From the NCBI GenBank assembly GCA_963823335.1, contig CAWGLD010000003.1, positions 1 through 64,000 of the forward strand: a DNA stretch of 64,000 nucleotides. Reading direction: 5' to 3'. This DNA is from an uncultured delta proteobacterium. Its GTDB lineage: Bacteria; Desulfobacterota; Desulfobacteria; Desulfobacterales; B30-G6. A model generated the notes under the pieces. The model was given only the letters and a program-made list of their open reading frames with translations, did not search any database and was not told the origin of the DNA. Positions 54,549-63,845 of the stretch are shown one piece after another; the first letter of the stretch is position 1, and each line of letters starts with the position of its first letter. The position numbers and the translations under genes were made by a program.

Positions 54549-57092
54549 ATGAAACATCTTCAAATGTATCAGGTCTATCCATCGGTTCCCGAACCATTGA
54601 AATTTCTGGAGGATCTGTCCAGAAATATGTGGTGGTGCTGGCACATTGACGCCATCGAATTATTCAGACGTATCAACCCGTACCTCTGGCGGCAGTCCGG
54701 CCGTAACCCGATCTTTTTCTCCACTTTGATTCCACCGGGACGCCTTGAGGAGTTAGCAACAGATAGCGGGTATCTCGCCCATATGGAGCGTGTGAAAAAG
54801 AAATTTGAAACCGAAACGATGCTTCATGCGGACAATGAATCAGTGGATGCCGAGGCTAAAACGATTGCCTATTTTTCCATGGAATTTGGTATTCATGAGA
54901 GCCTGCCCTTGTTTGCCGGGGGGCTGGGTGTTCTGGCGGGGGATCACCTGAAAGCCGCATCCGACCTTTCCCTGCCCCTGGTGGGTGTGGGCCTGCTTTT
55001 CAATAAAGGCTATTTTCGTCAGTTCCTAAATAACGAGGGGTGGCAGCAGGAGGAATATCCGGATAACGATATTTTTCATATGCCCTTGCGACGCGTCAAG
55101 GATCCTTCCGGAAAGCAAGCATCTATAACCCTTGACGGTCCCCATGGACCGATTCGTGCCATTATCTGGAAGGTGCAGGTCGGTTGCGTGCCGCTCTATC
55201 TGCTGGACACCAATATACCGGAGAATTCTGTCGACATAAGGTCTATTACGGATCGGCTGTATGCGGGTGAGCCAATGCAGCGCCTGGAGCAGGAGGTTCT
55301 GCTGGGTATTGGTGGCATGCGGGCTTTGGAAGTGTTGGGTATTCAACCAGAGATCTGTCACATGAACGAAGGTCATTCAGCATTTTGCAGTATCGAGCGA
55401 CTATGCCAGCTAAAAAGAAAATGTAATATCGACCTGAAAACGGCGCTTGAGATCATACCCAGGACAACCATTTTTACAACCCATACCCCGGTTGCCGCCG
55501 GGCACGATGAATTTCCAAAGGAGATGGTGACCCCCTATGTTGCATCCATGCAGGAGTGCCTCGGCATCGATACGGATCAAATCATATCCTGGGGGCAGTC
55601 CGGTGAGAAATCAAACGAACCCCTCTCCATGTTCGTGCTGGGGCTCAGGATGTCCCAGCACCATAACGGCGTGAGCAAGCTGCATGGTCGGGTTGCCCGA
55701 CGCATGTGGTCGCATGTGTGGCCGGGGTGGCCTGAAGACGAGATTCCGATCTCGCACGTAACCAACGGCATACACATCCCCTCCTGGGTATCCATTGAAA
55801 ACGCAACCCTTTTCGAGCGCTATCTGGCGCCCGACTGGTATCTGCACGTGGGGATCAAGGATCTTTCAAATCGGATCGATCAGATCTATGATGATGAGCT
55901 TTGGCAGACAAGACGCATGAGTCGTGCCAGATTGGTACGGACGTGCCGGGAATTGATGCTGAGGCAGTATGGCCGGCGAAATGCGCCCCAGTCAACCATG
56001 AGGGAGGCCGAGGGTATTCTGGATCCGGAAATTCTCACCATCGGTTTTGCGAGGCGGTTTGCCACCTACAAACGGGCAACCCTGCTCCTGAAGGATCCTG
56101 AAAGACTGAAAAGAATCATCAACAACCCTGATAGACCGGTTCAGCTTATTTTTGCCGGTAAAGCGCATCCCAAAGACAGGGAAGGAAAGGATATTATCCG
56201 GCAGTTGGTCACGTTTGCAAAAGATCCGGCAGTGCGACAACGTATCGTATTCCTGGAAGATTACGATATCAACGTGACCCGATACCTTGTACAGGGAGCC
56301 GACATCTGGCTCAATACACCCAGACGGCCCATGGAGGCTTGCGGTACTTCCGGGATGAAAGCCGCCATCAACGGCGTTCTCAATGTGAGCGTTCTGGACG
56401 GGTGGTGGTGCGAGGGCTACCGGGAAGATCGCGGCTGGGCTATCGGCAATGGAGAGGAATACGAAGACCACGAATACCAGGACATGGTGGACAGCTACGC
56501 CCTTTACAACCTGTTGGAAAACGATGTTATACCCTGTTTTTATGACCGCAAAAACGGGGAGTCACCCGAAAGATGGACCAGGATGATGAAAGAATCCATG
56601 AAAATGGCCCTTGATGACTACTGTACACACAGGATGGTTCTGGATTATAATCAAAAATTTTATCAACCGGCGCTTGAAAGCTATCGGACGTTTACCCGGA
56701 ACAATGCTGAAAGTGCCAAACAGATGCTGACACAGAAAAAGCGTCTCATGGACCTGTGGAAAAACATTCAGGTCAAAGAGCCTACCAGAAAGGAGAACGG
56801 TCCTTTCAGAATAGGCGATTTTTTTCCGATATCGGCTGAGATATCCCTGGGTGAGATACGTCCCGAGGAGGTTCTGGTGGAACTCTATTATGGAAAGCTG
56901 CGTACCATCGACACCCTGTTGCCTGGGAAGACCCAAACAATGGAAGTCGAAAAGGAGTTGGCGCGGGGTACATATCTCTATTCCTGTCTTCTCCCCTGTA
57001 CCTCATCCGGGCGATTTGGATTTACAGTTCGGGTAAGCCCCAAAGGGGATGATTTTCTACGATTTACGACAGGTCTGATCACCTGGGCGTGA
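54549..57092 (+). CDS. glgP: Alpha-glucan (glycogen) phosphorylase
   Basis: AYFSMEFG, GGLGVLAGDHLK, FARRFATYKR and the PLP motif EACGTSGMK. Confidence 0.95.
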   Translation: MKHLQMYQVYPSVPEPLKFLEDLSRNMWWCWHIDAIELFRRINPYLWRQSGRNPIFFSTLIPPGRLEELATDSGYLAHMERVKKKFETETMLHADNESVDAEAKTIAYFSMEFGIHESLPLFAGGLGVLAGDHLKAASDLSLPLVGVGLLFNKGYFRQFLNNEGWQQEEYPDNDIFHMPLRRVKDPSGKQASITLDGPHGPIRAIIWKVQVGCVPLYLLDTNIPENSVDIRSITDRLYAGEPMQRLEQEVLLGIGGMRALEVLGIQPEICHMNEGHSAFCSIERLCQLKRKCNIDLKTALEIIPRTTIFTTHTPVAAGHDEFPKEMVTPYVASMQECLGIDTDQIISWGQSGEKSNEPLSMFVLGLRMSQHHNGVSKLHGRVARRMWSHVWPGWPEDEIPISHVTNGIHIPSWVSIENATLFERYLAPDWYLHVGIKDLSNRIDQIYDDELWQTRRMSRARLVRTCRELMLRQYGRRNAPQSTMREAEGILDPEILTIGFARRFATYKRATLLLKDPERLKRIINNPDRPVQLIFAGKAHPKDREGKDIIRQLVTFAKDPAVRQRIVFLEDYDINVTRYLVQGADIWLNTPRRPMEACGTSGMKAAINGVLNVSVLDGWWCEGYREDRGWAIGNGEEYEDHEYQDMVDSYALYNLLENDVIPCFYDRKNGESPERWTRMMKESMKMALDDYCTHRMVLDYNQKFYQPALESYRTFTRNNAESAKQMLTQKKRLMDLWKNIQVKEPTRKENGPFRIGDFFPISAEISLGEIRPEEVLVELYYGKLRTIDTLLPGKTQTMEVEKELARGTYLYSCLLPCTSSGRFGFTVRVSPKGDDFLRFTTGLITWA

Positions 57093-57095
57093 AAT

Positions 57096-57293
57096 AGGGT
57101 TTGAGGGTCCGAGGGGGATACAAGGGTTGGAGGGTAGCTGACAGTTTAAGCAGACAGCGGCATCCTATCTTCCAGGTATCCTGGCGTTCCAGCATACAAG
57201 GGTTTGAGGGTTGGAGGGGGATACAAGGGTTGGCGGGTGGCCGACGGCTATCAGCAACACACCAAACACAACACACTAAACACCAAACACCAA
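57096..57293 (+). repeat. G-run-rich repeat (two units) followed by CAAACAC-type heptamers
   Basis: Units at 57096 and 57199; heptamers at 57256-57293. Confidence 0.8.
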
Positions 57294-57300
57294 GAAGCAG

Positions 57301-58824
57301 ATGACAACACATCCCAAATCACCACGTGTTCTGATTGTAACACCCGAGGTTACATATCTGCCGGACCGCATGGGAAGTCTTTCCCACTATCTCACCGCAA
57401 AAGCGGGTGGTCTGGCTGATGTTTCGGCAGCGTTGATCAGTGCACTTTTCGAACAGGGTGTGGATGTACACGTGGCGCTTCCGGACTATCGTGCTATCTT
57501 TTCCGATCACCTGGCTCCCTTCCTCAAGGAAGAGCAACGTATTATCCGCAAAACCATGCCGGACGACCGTATCCATCTAGCCCAGGACAGGGCATTTTAC
57601 TATCTGAACCATGTTTATTCCGATTATGGTGGTGAGAATACCAAACTTTCATTGGCGTTTCAGCGGGAAGTCATCAACCATGTTATTCCCCGCGTGGAAC
57701 CCGATCTGATTCACTGTAATGACTGGATGACTGGCCTGATTCCGGCCATGTCCCGCCAGATGGGAATCCCATGTCTTTTTACGATCCACAACATTCACAC
57801 CGTCAAAAGTACCTTGTCCCACATCGAGGATCGGGGGATTGACGCGGCCTATTTCTGGCATCACCTGTACTACGAAAAACCTCCCTATGATTATGAACAA
57901 TCATGGGGAAGCAACGCCGTTGATTTCCTGGTCAGCGGCGTGTTTGCAGCGCATTTTGTCAATACCGTGAGCCCGACGTTTCTGAGAGAGGTTGTGGAGG
58001 GACGGCATGAATTCATATCTGAGAGCCTGGGGCGGGAATTGGCCAACAAAGCGGCCGCAAATTGTTCCGTGGGGATTCTGAACGCGCCGGATCCGGTCTT
58101 CAACCCCGAAAACGACCGTCACCTCTTATACACGTACACCCAAAAAGACCCTATGAGCGCCAAAAAGAAAAACAAACAGGCGCTTCAAGCCAATCTCGGG
58201 CTGACCGTAGATCCAGAGGCAGCACTTTTTTTCTGGCCGTCCCGCCTGGATCCCAACCAGAAGGGTTGTCAATTGCTGGCAGAAATTCTCTATCATATCA
58301 TTTCAACCTATTGGGTGGATAATCTGCAGGTCGTGTTTGTGGCAAATGGTGAGTACCAGCGGGTGTTTCGTGACATCGTCTCGTTTCACAATCTTCATCC
58401 GCGGGTGGCTGTCTGCGATTTCAGCGAAAGCCTGGAGCACCAGGCATATAGTGCTTCTGATTTTATTCTGATGCCCTCACGATTTGAACCTTGCGGTCTG
58501 CCCCAGATGATCGCCCCCATCTACGGATCCCTGCCGGTGGTTCACGATACCGGCGGTATTCACGACACGATTTCTCATCTCGACATCGAAAACAATGTCG
58601 GCAATGGTTTTGTTTTTGAAGCCTATGATACCAATGGGTTGTGGTGGGCCGTCCAAGAGGCAATGCGCTTTTACAGGCGATCTGCCCATGAAAAAGAGGC
58701 CCAGGTCAAACGGATCATGCAGGAAAGTGCCAGAACGTTTACCCATGCGGTTACCGCCCGACACTACATCGAGCTGTATGAGCGGATGTTGCAGCGGCCT
58801 CTGGTATCGGTGTCTCCATATTAG
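57301..58824 (+). CDS. glgA: Glycogen synthase (GT5)
   Basis: KAGGLADV, HCNDW, TIHN and MPSRFEPCGLPQM. Confidence 0.92.
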   Translation: MTTHPKSPRVLIVTPEVTYLPDRMGSLSHYLTAKAGGLADVSAALISALFEQGVDVHVALPDYRAIFSDHLAPFLKEEQRIIRKTMPDDRIHLAQDRAFYYLNHVYSDYGGENTKLSLAFQREVINHVIPRVEPDLIHCNDWMTGLIPAMSRQMGIPCLFTIHNIHTVKSTLSHIEDRGIDAAYFWHHLYYEKPPYDYEQSWGSNAVDFLVSGVFAAHFVNTVSPTFLREVVEGRHEFISESLGRELANKAAANCSVGILNAPDPVFNPENDRHLLYTYTQKDPMSAKKKNKQALQANLGLTVDPEAALFFWPSRLDPNQKGCQLLAEILYHIISTYWVDNLQVVFVANGEYQRVFRDIVSFHNLHPRVAVCDFSESLEHQAYSASDFILMPSRFEPCGLPQMIAPIYGSLPVVHDTGGIHDTISHLDIENNVGNGFVFEAYDTNGLWWAVQEAMRFYRRSAHEKEAQVKRIMQESARTFTHAVTARHYIELYERMLQRPLVSVSPY

Positions 58825-58836
58825 GATTTCATAAAG

Positions 58837-59036
58837 ATGAACGTTCAACATCGGACGCTGAACATCGAACATCCAATGAAAACGAATATTGAAGAACCTC
58901 GCGGCAAGACTTGTTGGTTAGTTCAGGTCGAGTTGCCACGAGGTTAGCGCTCGCTGTTGCAATTCAATACGAACGACTGTTTCCTAATTTTTCAAATTCA
59001 ACATTCGATGTTGGACGTTCGATGTTCGATGTTCAT
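58837..59036. repeat. Heptamer (AACATCG) inverted-repeat element containing an inverted MITE-like copy at 58888-58968
   Basis: The left arm ATGAACGTTCAACATCGGACGCTGAACATCG pairs with the right arm CGATGTTGGACGTTCGATGTTCGATGTTCAT. The inner ATTGAAGAACCTCGC...GCGCTCGCTGTTGCAATTCAAT is the MITE-like copy. Confidence 0.8.
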
Positions 59037-59074
59037 TTTACAGCTTACGTCCAAAGGTTAAAAACAAGCGTATT

Positions 59075-61111
59075 ATGCACACGGTAAAATCAACCATCGA
59101 TCTAAAGATCACGTCTCTGCTCAAACAGGACCCCTTTCTGGAGCCCTATCAGGACGTCATTCGCAGAAGACTCCTCGCGGTAGCAGAGACCAAAACCCGT
59201 CTGATCGAAAACCAAATGACATTGACGGATTTTGCTATGGGGCATACGTACTATGGCCTGCATGTCAGTAATGGCGAATGGGTCTTTCGGGAGTGGGCCC
59301 CCAATGCAGTGGCTGTTTTTTTTATCGGCGACATGACCGACTGGGAGGAGCGGGCCTCCCATGCGCTGAGATGCATCAACAAAAACGGGGATTGGGAGCT
59401 TCGCCTGCCCCTGCAGGAAATGACCCATGGTGATCATTACCGTCTCCGGGTGCATTGGAAGGGAGGCGCCGGAGACAGGATTCCGGCCTATACCCGAAGA
59501 GTGGTTCAGGATGAACAGACACAGATCTTCAACGCCCAGGTGTGGCATCCTGAAACGCAATACCCCTGGCAGCATCAGACGCCGGAAAAATGCTCGGAAC
59601 CACCACTCATTTACGAGACCCATATCGGCATGGCGCAGGAAGAAGCCAAAATCGGAACCTACCGTGAATTTGCCGAGAATGTGATTCCCCGGATCGTCAA
59701 AGCGGGCTACAATACACTCCAGTTGATGGGTCTGCAGGAACATCCTTACTACGGCTCGTTCGGTTACCAGGTGTCGAGCTTTTATGCGGCCTCTTCACGG
59801 TTTGGCTCTCCGGAAGATCTCAAAATGCTCATCGACACAGCCCATGGTGCTGGATTGCGCGTGGTTATGGACCTGATTCATTCCCACAGCGTATCCAACG
59901 AAGTGGAAGGTCTCAGTCGTTTTGATGGAACAGATTGTCAGTATTTTCACAAGGGTCCACGTGGTCATCATTCGGCCTGGGATTCACGATGCTTTGACTA
60001 TGCCAAACCCCAGGTGCTCCATTTTCTCTTATCCAACTGCCGGTTCTGGCTCGATGTGTATCATCTGGATGGATTTCGATTCGACGGTATCACCAGCATG
60101 CTCTATCTGCACCACGGCCTGGGCCATGCCTTCACGAGTTATGATGACTACTTCGATGAGGTTCTGGATGAGGACGCTTTTACCTATCTCACATTGGCAA
60201 ATCACCTGATTCATGAATTGATGCCCTCAGCCATGACCATCGCAGAGGATGTGAGCGGTCTGCCCGGACTTGCTGTTCCGGAAGAAGAAGGCGGTGTGGG
60301 ATTCGACTTTCGTTTTGCCATGGGAGTGCCGGATTATTGGATCCAGCTGACAAAGGATACCCGGGATGAAGACTGGCCCATGGCTCATCTCTGGTATGAA
60401 TTGACCAATCGAAGATCCGATGAAAAGACCATCAGTTATTCCGAATCTCATGACCAGGCGCTGGTGGGTGACCAGACCTTGATCTTTCGTCTCATGGGTG
60501 ATGCCATGTACCACCACATGAACGTATCAGACAAACACCTCATCGTGGACCGGGGCATGGCACTCCACAAGATGATTCGCCTGCTGACGCTTGCCACGGC
60601 CGGGCATGGATATTTGAATTTTATGGGCAACGAGTTCGGTCATCCTGAGTGGATCGATTTTCCCCGTAGGGAAAACAACTGGTCGTATCATTTTGCACGT
60701 CGACAGTGGCATCTCATGGACGATTCAGGTCTGAAATATTCACAACTGGCTTGTTTTGATCGTGATATGATCCAGCTTGCAAAAACCCAGAACTTGTTCC
60801 ATGCTTCCCTGCGCCTGGTTCAGACACATAATGATGATAAGATTATCGCATTTGAGAGAAATCGACTCTTTTTTGCATTCAACTTCCATCCGGAGATGTC
60901 TTTCACCGATTATTTCCTCTATCTTCCGTCCGGACGATATGACTGGCTTTTCGACAGTGACAAACGCAGTTATGGTGGTCATGGCCGGTTGGATAACGCC
61001 CGAACAAGTGTTTACGACTCCAGACCTGCCAAGGGTCGTCCGGAAAGCGGACTGGATTTGTATCTGCCCTGTCGGACGGTTCTTGTTTTGTCTCGTTCAG
61101 ATATTAAATAA
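59075..61111 (+). CDS. glgB: 1,4-alpha-glucan branching enzyme, eukaryote-like (GH13_8-type)
   Basis: EWAPNA, QEHPYYGSFGYQV, FRFDGITSMLY, AEDVSG, ESHDQALVGDQT and YLNFMGNEFGHPEWIDFPR. Confidence 0.92.
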   Translation: MHTVKSTIDLKITSLLKQDPFLEPYQDVIRRRLLAVAETKTRLIENQMTLTDFAMGHTYYGLHVSNGEWVFREWAPNAVAVFFIGDMTDWEERASHALRCINKNGDWELRLPLQEMTHGDHYRLRVHWKGGAGDRIPAYTRRVVQDEQTQIFNAQVWHPETQYPWQHQTPEKCSEPPLIYETHIGMAQEEAKIGTYREFAENVIPRIVKAGYNTLQLMGLQEHPYYGSFGYQVSSFYAASSRFGSPEDLKMLIDTAHGAGLRVVMDLIHSHSVSNEVEGLSRFDGTDCQYFHKGPRGHHSAWDSRCFDYAKPQVLHFLLSNCRFWLDVYHLDGFRFDGITSMLYLHHGLGHAFTSYDDYFDEVLDEDAFTYLTLANHLIHELMPSAMTIAEDVSGLPGLAVPEEEGGVGFDFRFAMGVPDYWIQLTKDTRDEDWPMAHLWYELTNRRSDEKTISYSESHDQALVGDQTLIFRLMGDAMYHHMNVSDKHLIVDRGMALHKMIRLLTLATAGHGYLNFMGNEFGHPEWIDFPRRENNWSYHFARRQWHLMDDSGLKYSQLACFDRDMIQLAKTQNLFHASLRLVQTHNDDKIIAFERNRLFFAFNFHPEMSFTDYFLYLPSGRYDWLFDSDKRSYGGHGRLDNARTSVYDSRPAKGRPESGLDLYLPCRTVLVLSRSDIK

Positions 61112-61139
61112 AAAAGAAATTTTATTTGGGAGGTTTGAT

Positions 61140-61247
61140 ATGGCAAAAGGAAAAGACAAGCGAAAACCGCAGGAAAAGAAAAAACCGCAAAGCAGCATGA
61201 AAGAAAAACGAAAACTAAAAAAGGAAAAAGCCTCAAAGGATTCTTAA
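61140..61247 (+). CDS. Very small basic protein (35 aa)
   Basis: MAKGKDKRKPQEKKKPQSSMKEKRKLKKEKASKDS* with a strong SD GGGAGG 6 nt upstream. Confidence 0.6.
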   Translation: MAKGKDKRKPQEKKKPQSSMKEKRKLKKEKASKDS

Positions 61248-61294
61248 CTCTCGATCTAACCCTTAGACGTTACACATCTGAGCTGTTCGGGTAA

Positions 61295-61317
61295 GGCCCC
61301 TACCTCTGGCAGGGGCC
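61295..61317. terminator. GC-rich hairpin between convergent genes
   Basis: GGCCCCT-acctctggc-AGGGGCC. Confidence 0.4.
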
Positions 61318-61341
61318 CGGAAAAGTTCAAATTTCCCGAAC

Positions 61342-61836
61342 TCATCGTTGCCACATGAAAGGATCACAATCTATACAGGGCAGGCCTCCGCAAAGACCGA
61401 TCAGATAGCGCATGGCTTTGGCCAATTTATCCGCCGAATCCTCATCCGGTGTAAATAGCTCTACCTTGCTCTTCATCTCTACGTTCCCGTTTTCTTCGAC
61501 ACGCTTGATTTCTTTTTCATATCCTTCCACCGTAAGGATTACGTTGCTCAGGTGGGGCTTTACATAGTCAGGGCCTGGGTTGATTTTGCTCAGCGGAATT
61601 ATATATTCAAAAGTTTTTGTATTCTTTACTGTTTTGGTGGTCGCCGTGCATTGCCCCGGATCGACACTGACAGTGTCCCTCGATATGGTATTGATAAAGT
61701 CAATTGTCTGGTCCATGGTGGGTGCTTTGTACTTGACAGTCTCCTTGATGTCTTCCGCCATGGCCGGAAACACAAGACACAGACCAGCAAGCGAAATGAT
61801 CGCCGCTACAATGATCTTTTGTTTTACGATATTCAT
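61342..61836 (-). CDS. Hypothetical exported protein with Cys-rich C-terminus
   Basis: ATG at 61836 after AAAGGAG; signal peptide ending AMA; C-terminal CGGLPCIDCDPF. Confidence 0.7.
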   Translation of the reverse strand: MNIVKQKIIVAAIISLAGLCLVFPAMAEDIKETVKYKAPTMDQTIDFINTISRDTVSVDPGQCTATTKTVKNTKTFEYIIPLSKINPGPDYVKPHLSNVILTVEGYEKEIKRVEENGNVEMKSKVELFTPDEDSADKLAKAMRYLIGLCGGLPCIDCDPFMWQR

Positions 61837-62078
61837 GTTGTGCTCCTTTCTTGTGTGCGACAGCTCACCCAGGGAAGCCATTCTCCCATTCCGTGCTGAC
61901 ATGTGATTCGATCAATTAAACCGTAAAGCCGGGAAATGAAAATGTTACGGAACTATTAACACAAATAGGGGAAATATCCAGCGGCCTTGGTGCGTTACCT
62001 TTGGTCAATCTGAAATATTATATGCCTTAACACAACCGGTGTCAATTCTATCGCCGTTGTCATACGAAACGGTCATCG

Positions 62079-62735
62079 TTAGCGGAAGGTTAAGATGGGC
62101 CACCCGTTTTCAATCGCTTTCTTTTTTAGGGGCACCGTCGGTTCAACGACGGCTGGGTTGCCCACTGCTTCGAGCATGGGAATGTCCGAGTGATGATTCC
62201 CGTAGGCATAGGACTGATCGAGATAAATGTCTTTTTCCTGTGCCAATTTTTTAACGGCCACACGTTTGTGCTGATCGATACAGATGGGGCCTTCTGTTTT
62301 GCCGGTCAGACGGCCATCGCCAGCGATTTCAAGATCGGTACAAAGAAGGTTCTGGAATCCCAAGTCCTTGATGACGGGAACCAGCATGTATCGAAGCGAA
62401 GCAGACACCAGCACCAGGGTGTGCCCGGCTTTCTGGTGTTCTCGAACTCGCTCTATGATTCTGGGAGCAAGGTGTGGTTTCAGGTATGTGTGGTAGAATT
62501 CTTCAGCACCGTCTTCCAGCGGTCTGATATCTCTGTTCTTGTAGAATGTGAGCATGATAGTAGCCATCTGAGTGTCGGATATCCAGTCACGTTCATAAAA
62601 GAAATTGGTTACGGCAACCTTCAGTAAAAAAGATAAGCGGATTTCTTTGATTTCGTAGAGGTATTTGAATCCGATCCTGCCGCTTTCCACGTCGATGAGC
62701 GTTTTGTCAAAATCGAAAAAAGCGCCTATCTGCAT
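62079..62735 (-). CDS. HAD-IB family hydrolase (SerB-like)
   Basis: Motif I FFDFDKTL, motif II VSAS and YAYGNHHSDIPML. Confidence 0.88.
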   Translation of the reverse strand: MQIGAFFDFDKTLIDVESGRIGFKYLYEIKEIRLSFLLKVAVTNFFYERDWISDTQMATIMLTFYKNRDIRPLEDGAEEFYHTYLKPHLAPRIIERVREHQKAGHTLVLVSASLRYMLVPVIKDLGFQNLLCTDLEIAGDGRLTGKTEGPICIDQHKRVAVKKLAQEKDIYLDQSYAYGNHHSDIPMLEAVGNPAVVEPTVPLKKKAIENGWPILTFR

Positions 62736-62745
62736 GCTTGATCCT

Positions 62746-63831
62746 TCAATGGTACACTCCGTAGGTTTTGACTGCCTCGAACATGGCAATACAGTTATCC
62801 GGATTCACTCCTGGATGTAATGTGTTGGAGGAACAGACAATCAGGCCTCCACCCTTGCCGGCATCTTGTATGGCCTGTTGAACTGCGTCTTTCACCTGTT
62901 GCGGTGTTCCGCTCGGGAGCAGTTCCATGCAGTCGATATTTCCCAGAAGACAAAGGCGGTCTCCGCAGTACTCCTTGACTTTTTTTAAGTCCATTCCCGC
63001 CTGGGGTTCAAGGGGATTGAGCCCGTCGTATCCGGATTCGAGGATCCTGTCGAGAATCGGCCACAGGTTTCCGTCGCTGTGGCGGACTACTTTTAGCCCC
63101 ATTTCATGTGCCCTGTCAACGAGTCTGCGATTGTAGGGAAGGATAAACTCGGCAAAATGGTCCGGTGAAATCAAGGTCGTATTTTTATCGGCGATATCAT
63201 CTTCGACAATCAAAACATCAAGCCCGGCTTTACCCAGTATTTCAAGTTGTGCCAGACTGTATTGGGTTACCATTTCAGCGATTCTGTGCAAAAACAGTGG
63301 GCTGTCAAAAAGATTCAGCATATAGTTTTCCATACCGGTAAGCCGCCAGCTCCGGACAAAGGTTCCACGCATCATCCAGAAAACAGCTTTACTGTCATGG
63401 AAACGGTCTTTCATCAAATCCACTGCAAAAATCTGTTCCCGTCTGGGTTCCGGGGGTGTGTAGCGATCCAGGTCCTTCATGGATGTGATCGGATGGCTGG
63501 ATGGCACGGGAATACCATGGGGACTGCGGGTGAATCCGACGCCCCAGTCATCCACAACGTTTGACTGATCGGAAAATTCAGTACCAGGACCCAGGGGCAG
63601 GCAGGTATAGCCGTCGACCTCATGGGTTTCCAGGATAAGAAAGAGCGTGTCGATCAGTTTGACTTTTTCAGCATCACTCATCTGATGCAGCATCTTTCCC
63701 ATTGGCAAACCACCTGTGAGATATTTTCCGATGCCCATGATGGGGCCCTCGTTGATGCCGTGAATGAACAGGGGAACCCGGTCCGGTTCTTTGTGACTCA
63801 AGGCGGTCAGAATGCGTTCTCTGCCGGTCAT
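62746..63831 (-). CDS. Uroporphyrinogen decarboxylase-fold protein (MtaA/CmuA-like methyltransferase family)
   Basis: MTGRERILTAL..EPDRVP, DDWG, EDDIA, HSDGN and GNIDC. Confidence 0.85.
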   Translation of the reverse strand: MTGRERILTALSHKEPDRVPLFIHGINEGPIMGIGKYLTGGLPMGKMLHQMSDAEKVKLIDTLFLILETHEVDGYTCLPLGPGTEFSDQSNVVDDWGVGFTRSPHGIPVPSSHPITSMKDLDRYTPPEPRREQIFAVDLMKDRFHDSKAVFWMMRGTFVRSWRLTGMENYMLNLFDSPLFLHRIAEMVTQYSLAQLEILGKAGLDVLIVEDDIADKNTTLISPDHFAEFILPYNRRLVDRAHEMGLKVVRHSDGNLWPILDRILESGYDGLNPLEPQAGMDLKKVKEYCGDRLCLLGNIDCMELLPSGTPQQVKDAVQQAIQDAGKGGGLIVCSSNTLHPGVNPDNCIAMFEAVKTYGVYH

Positions 63832-63845
63832 GCTACCTCCTTGCA

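Noticed and set aside
54215-57255. CRISPR-like repeats
   Set aside because: The units are degenerate and non-palindromic, with two per locus and no regular unique spacers.
57079-57419. Short ORFs over the glgP-glgA gap
   Set aside because: They are translations of the G-run and heptamer repeats and are not credible proteins.
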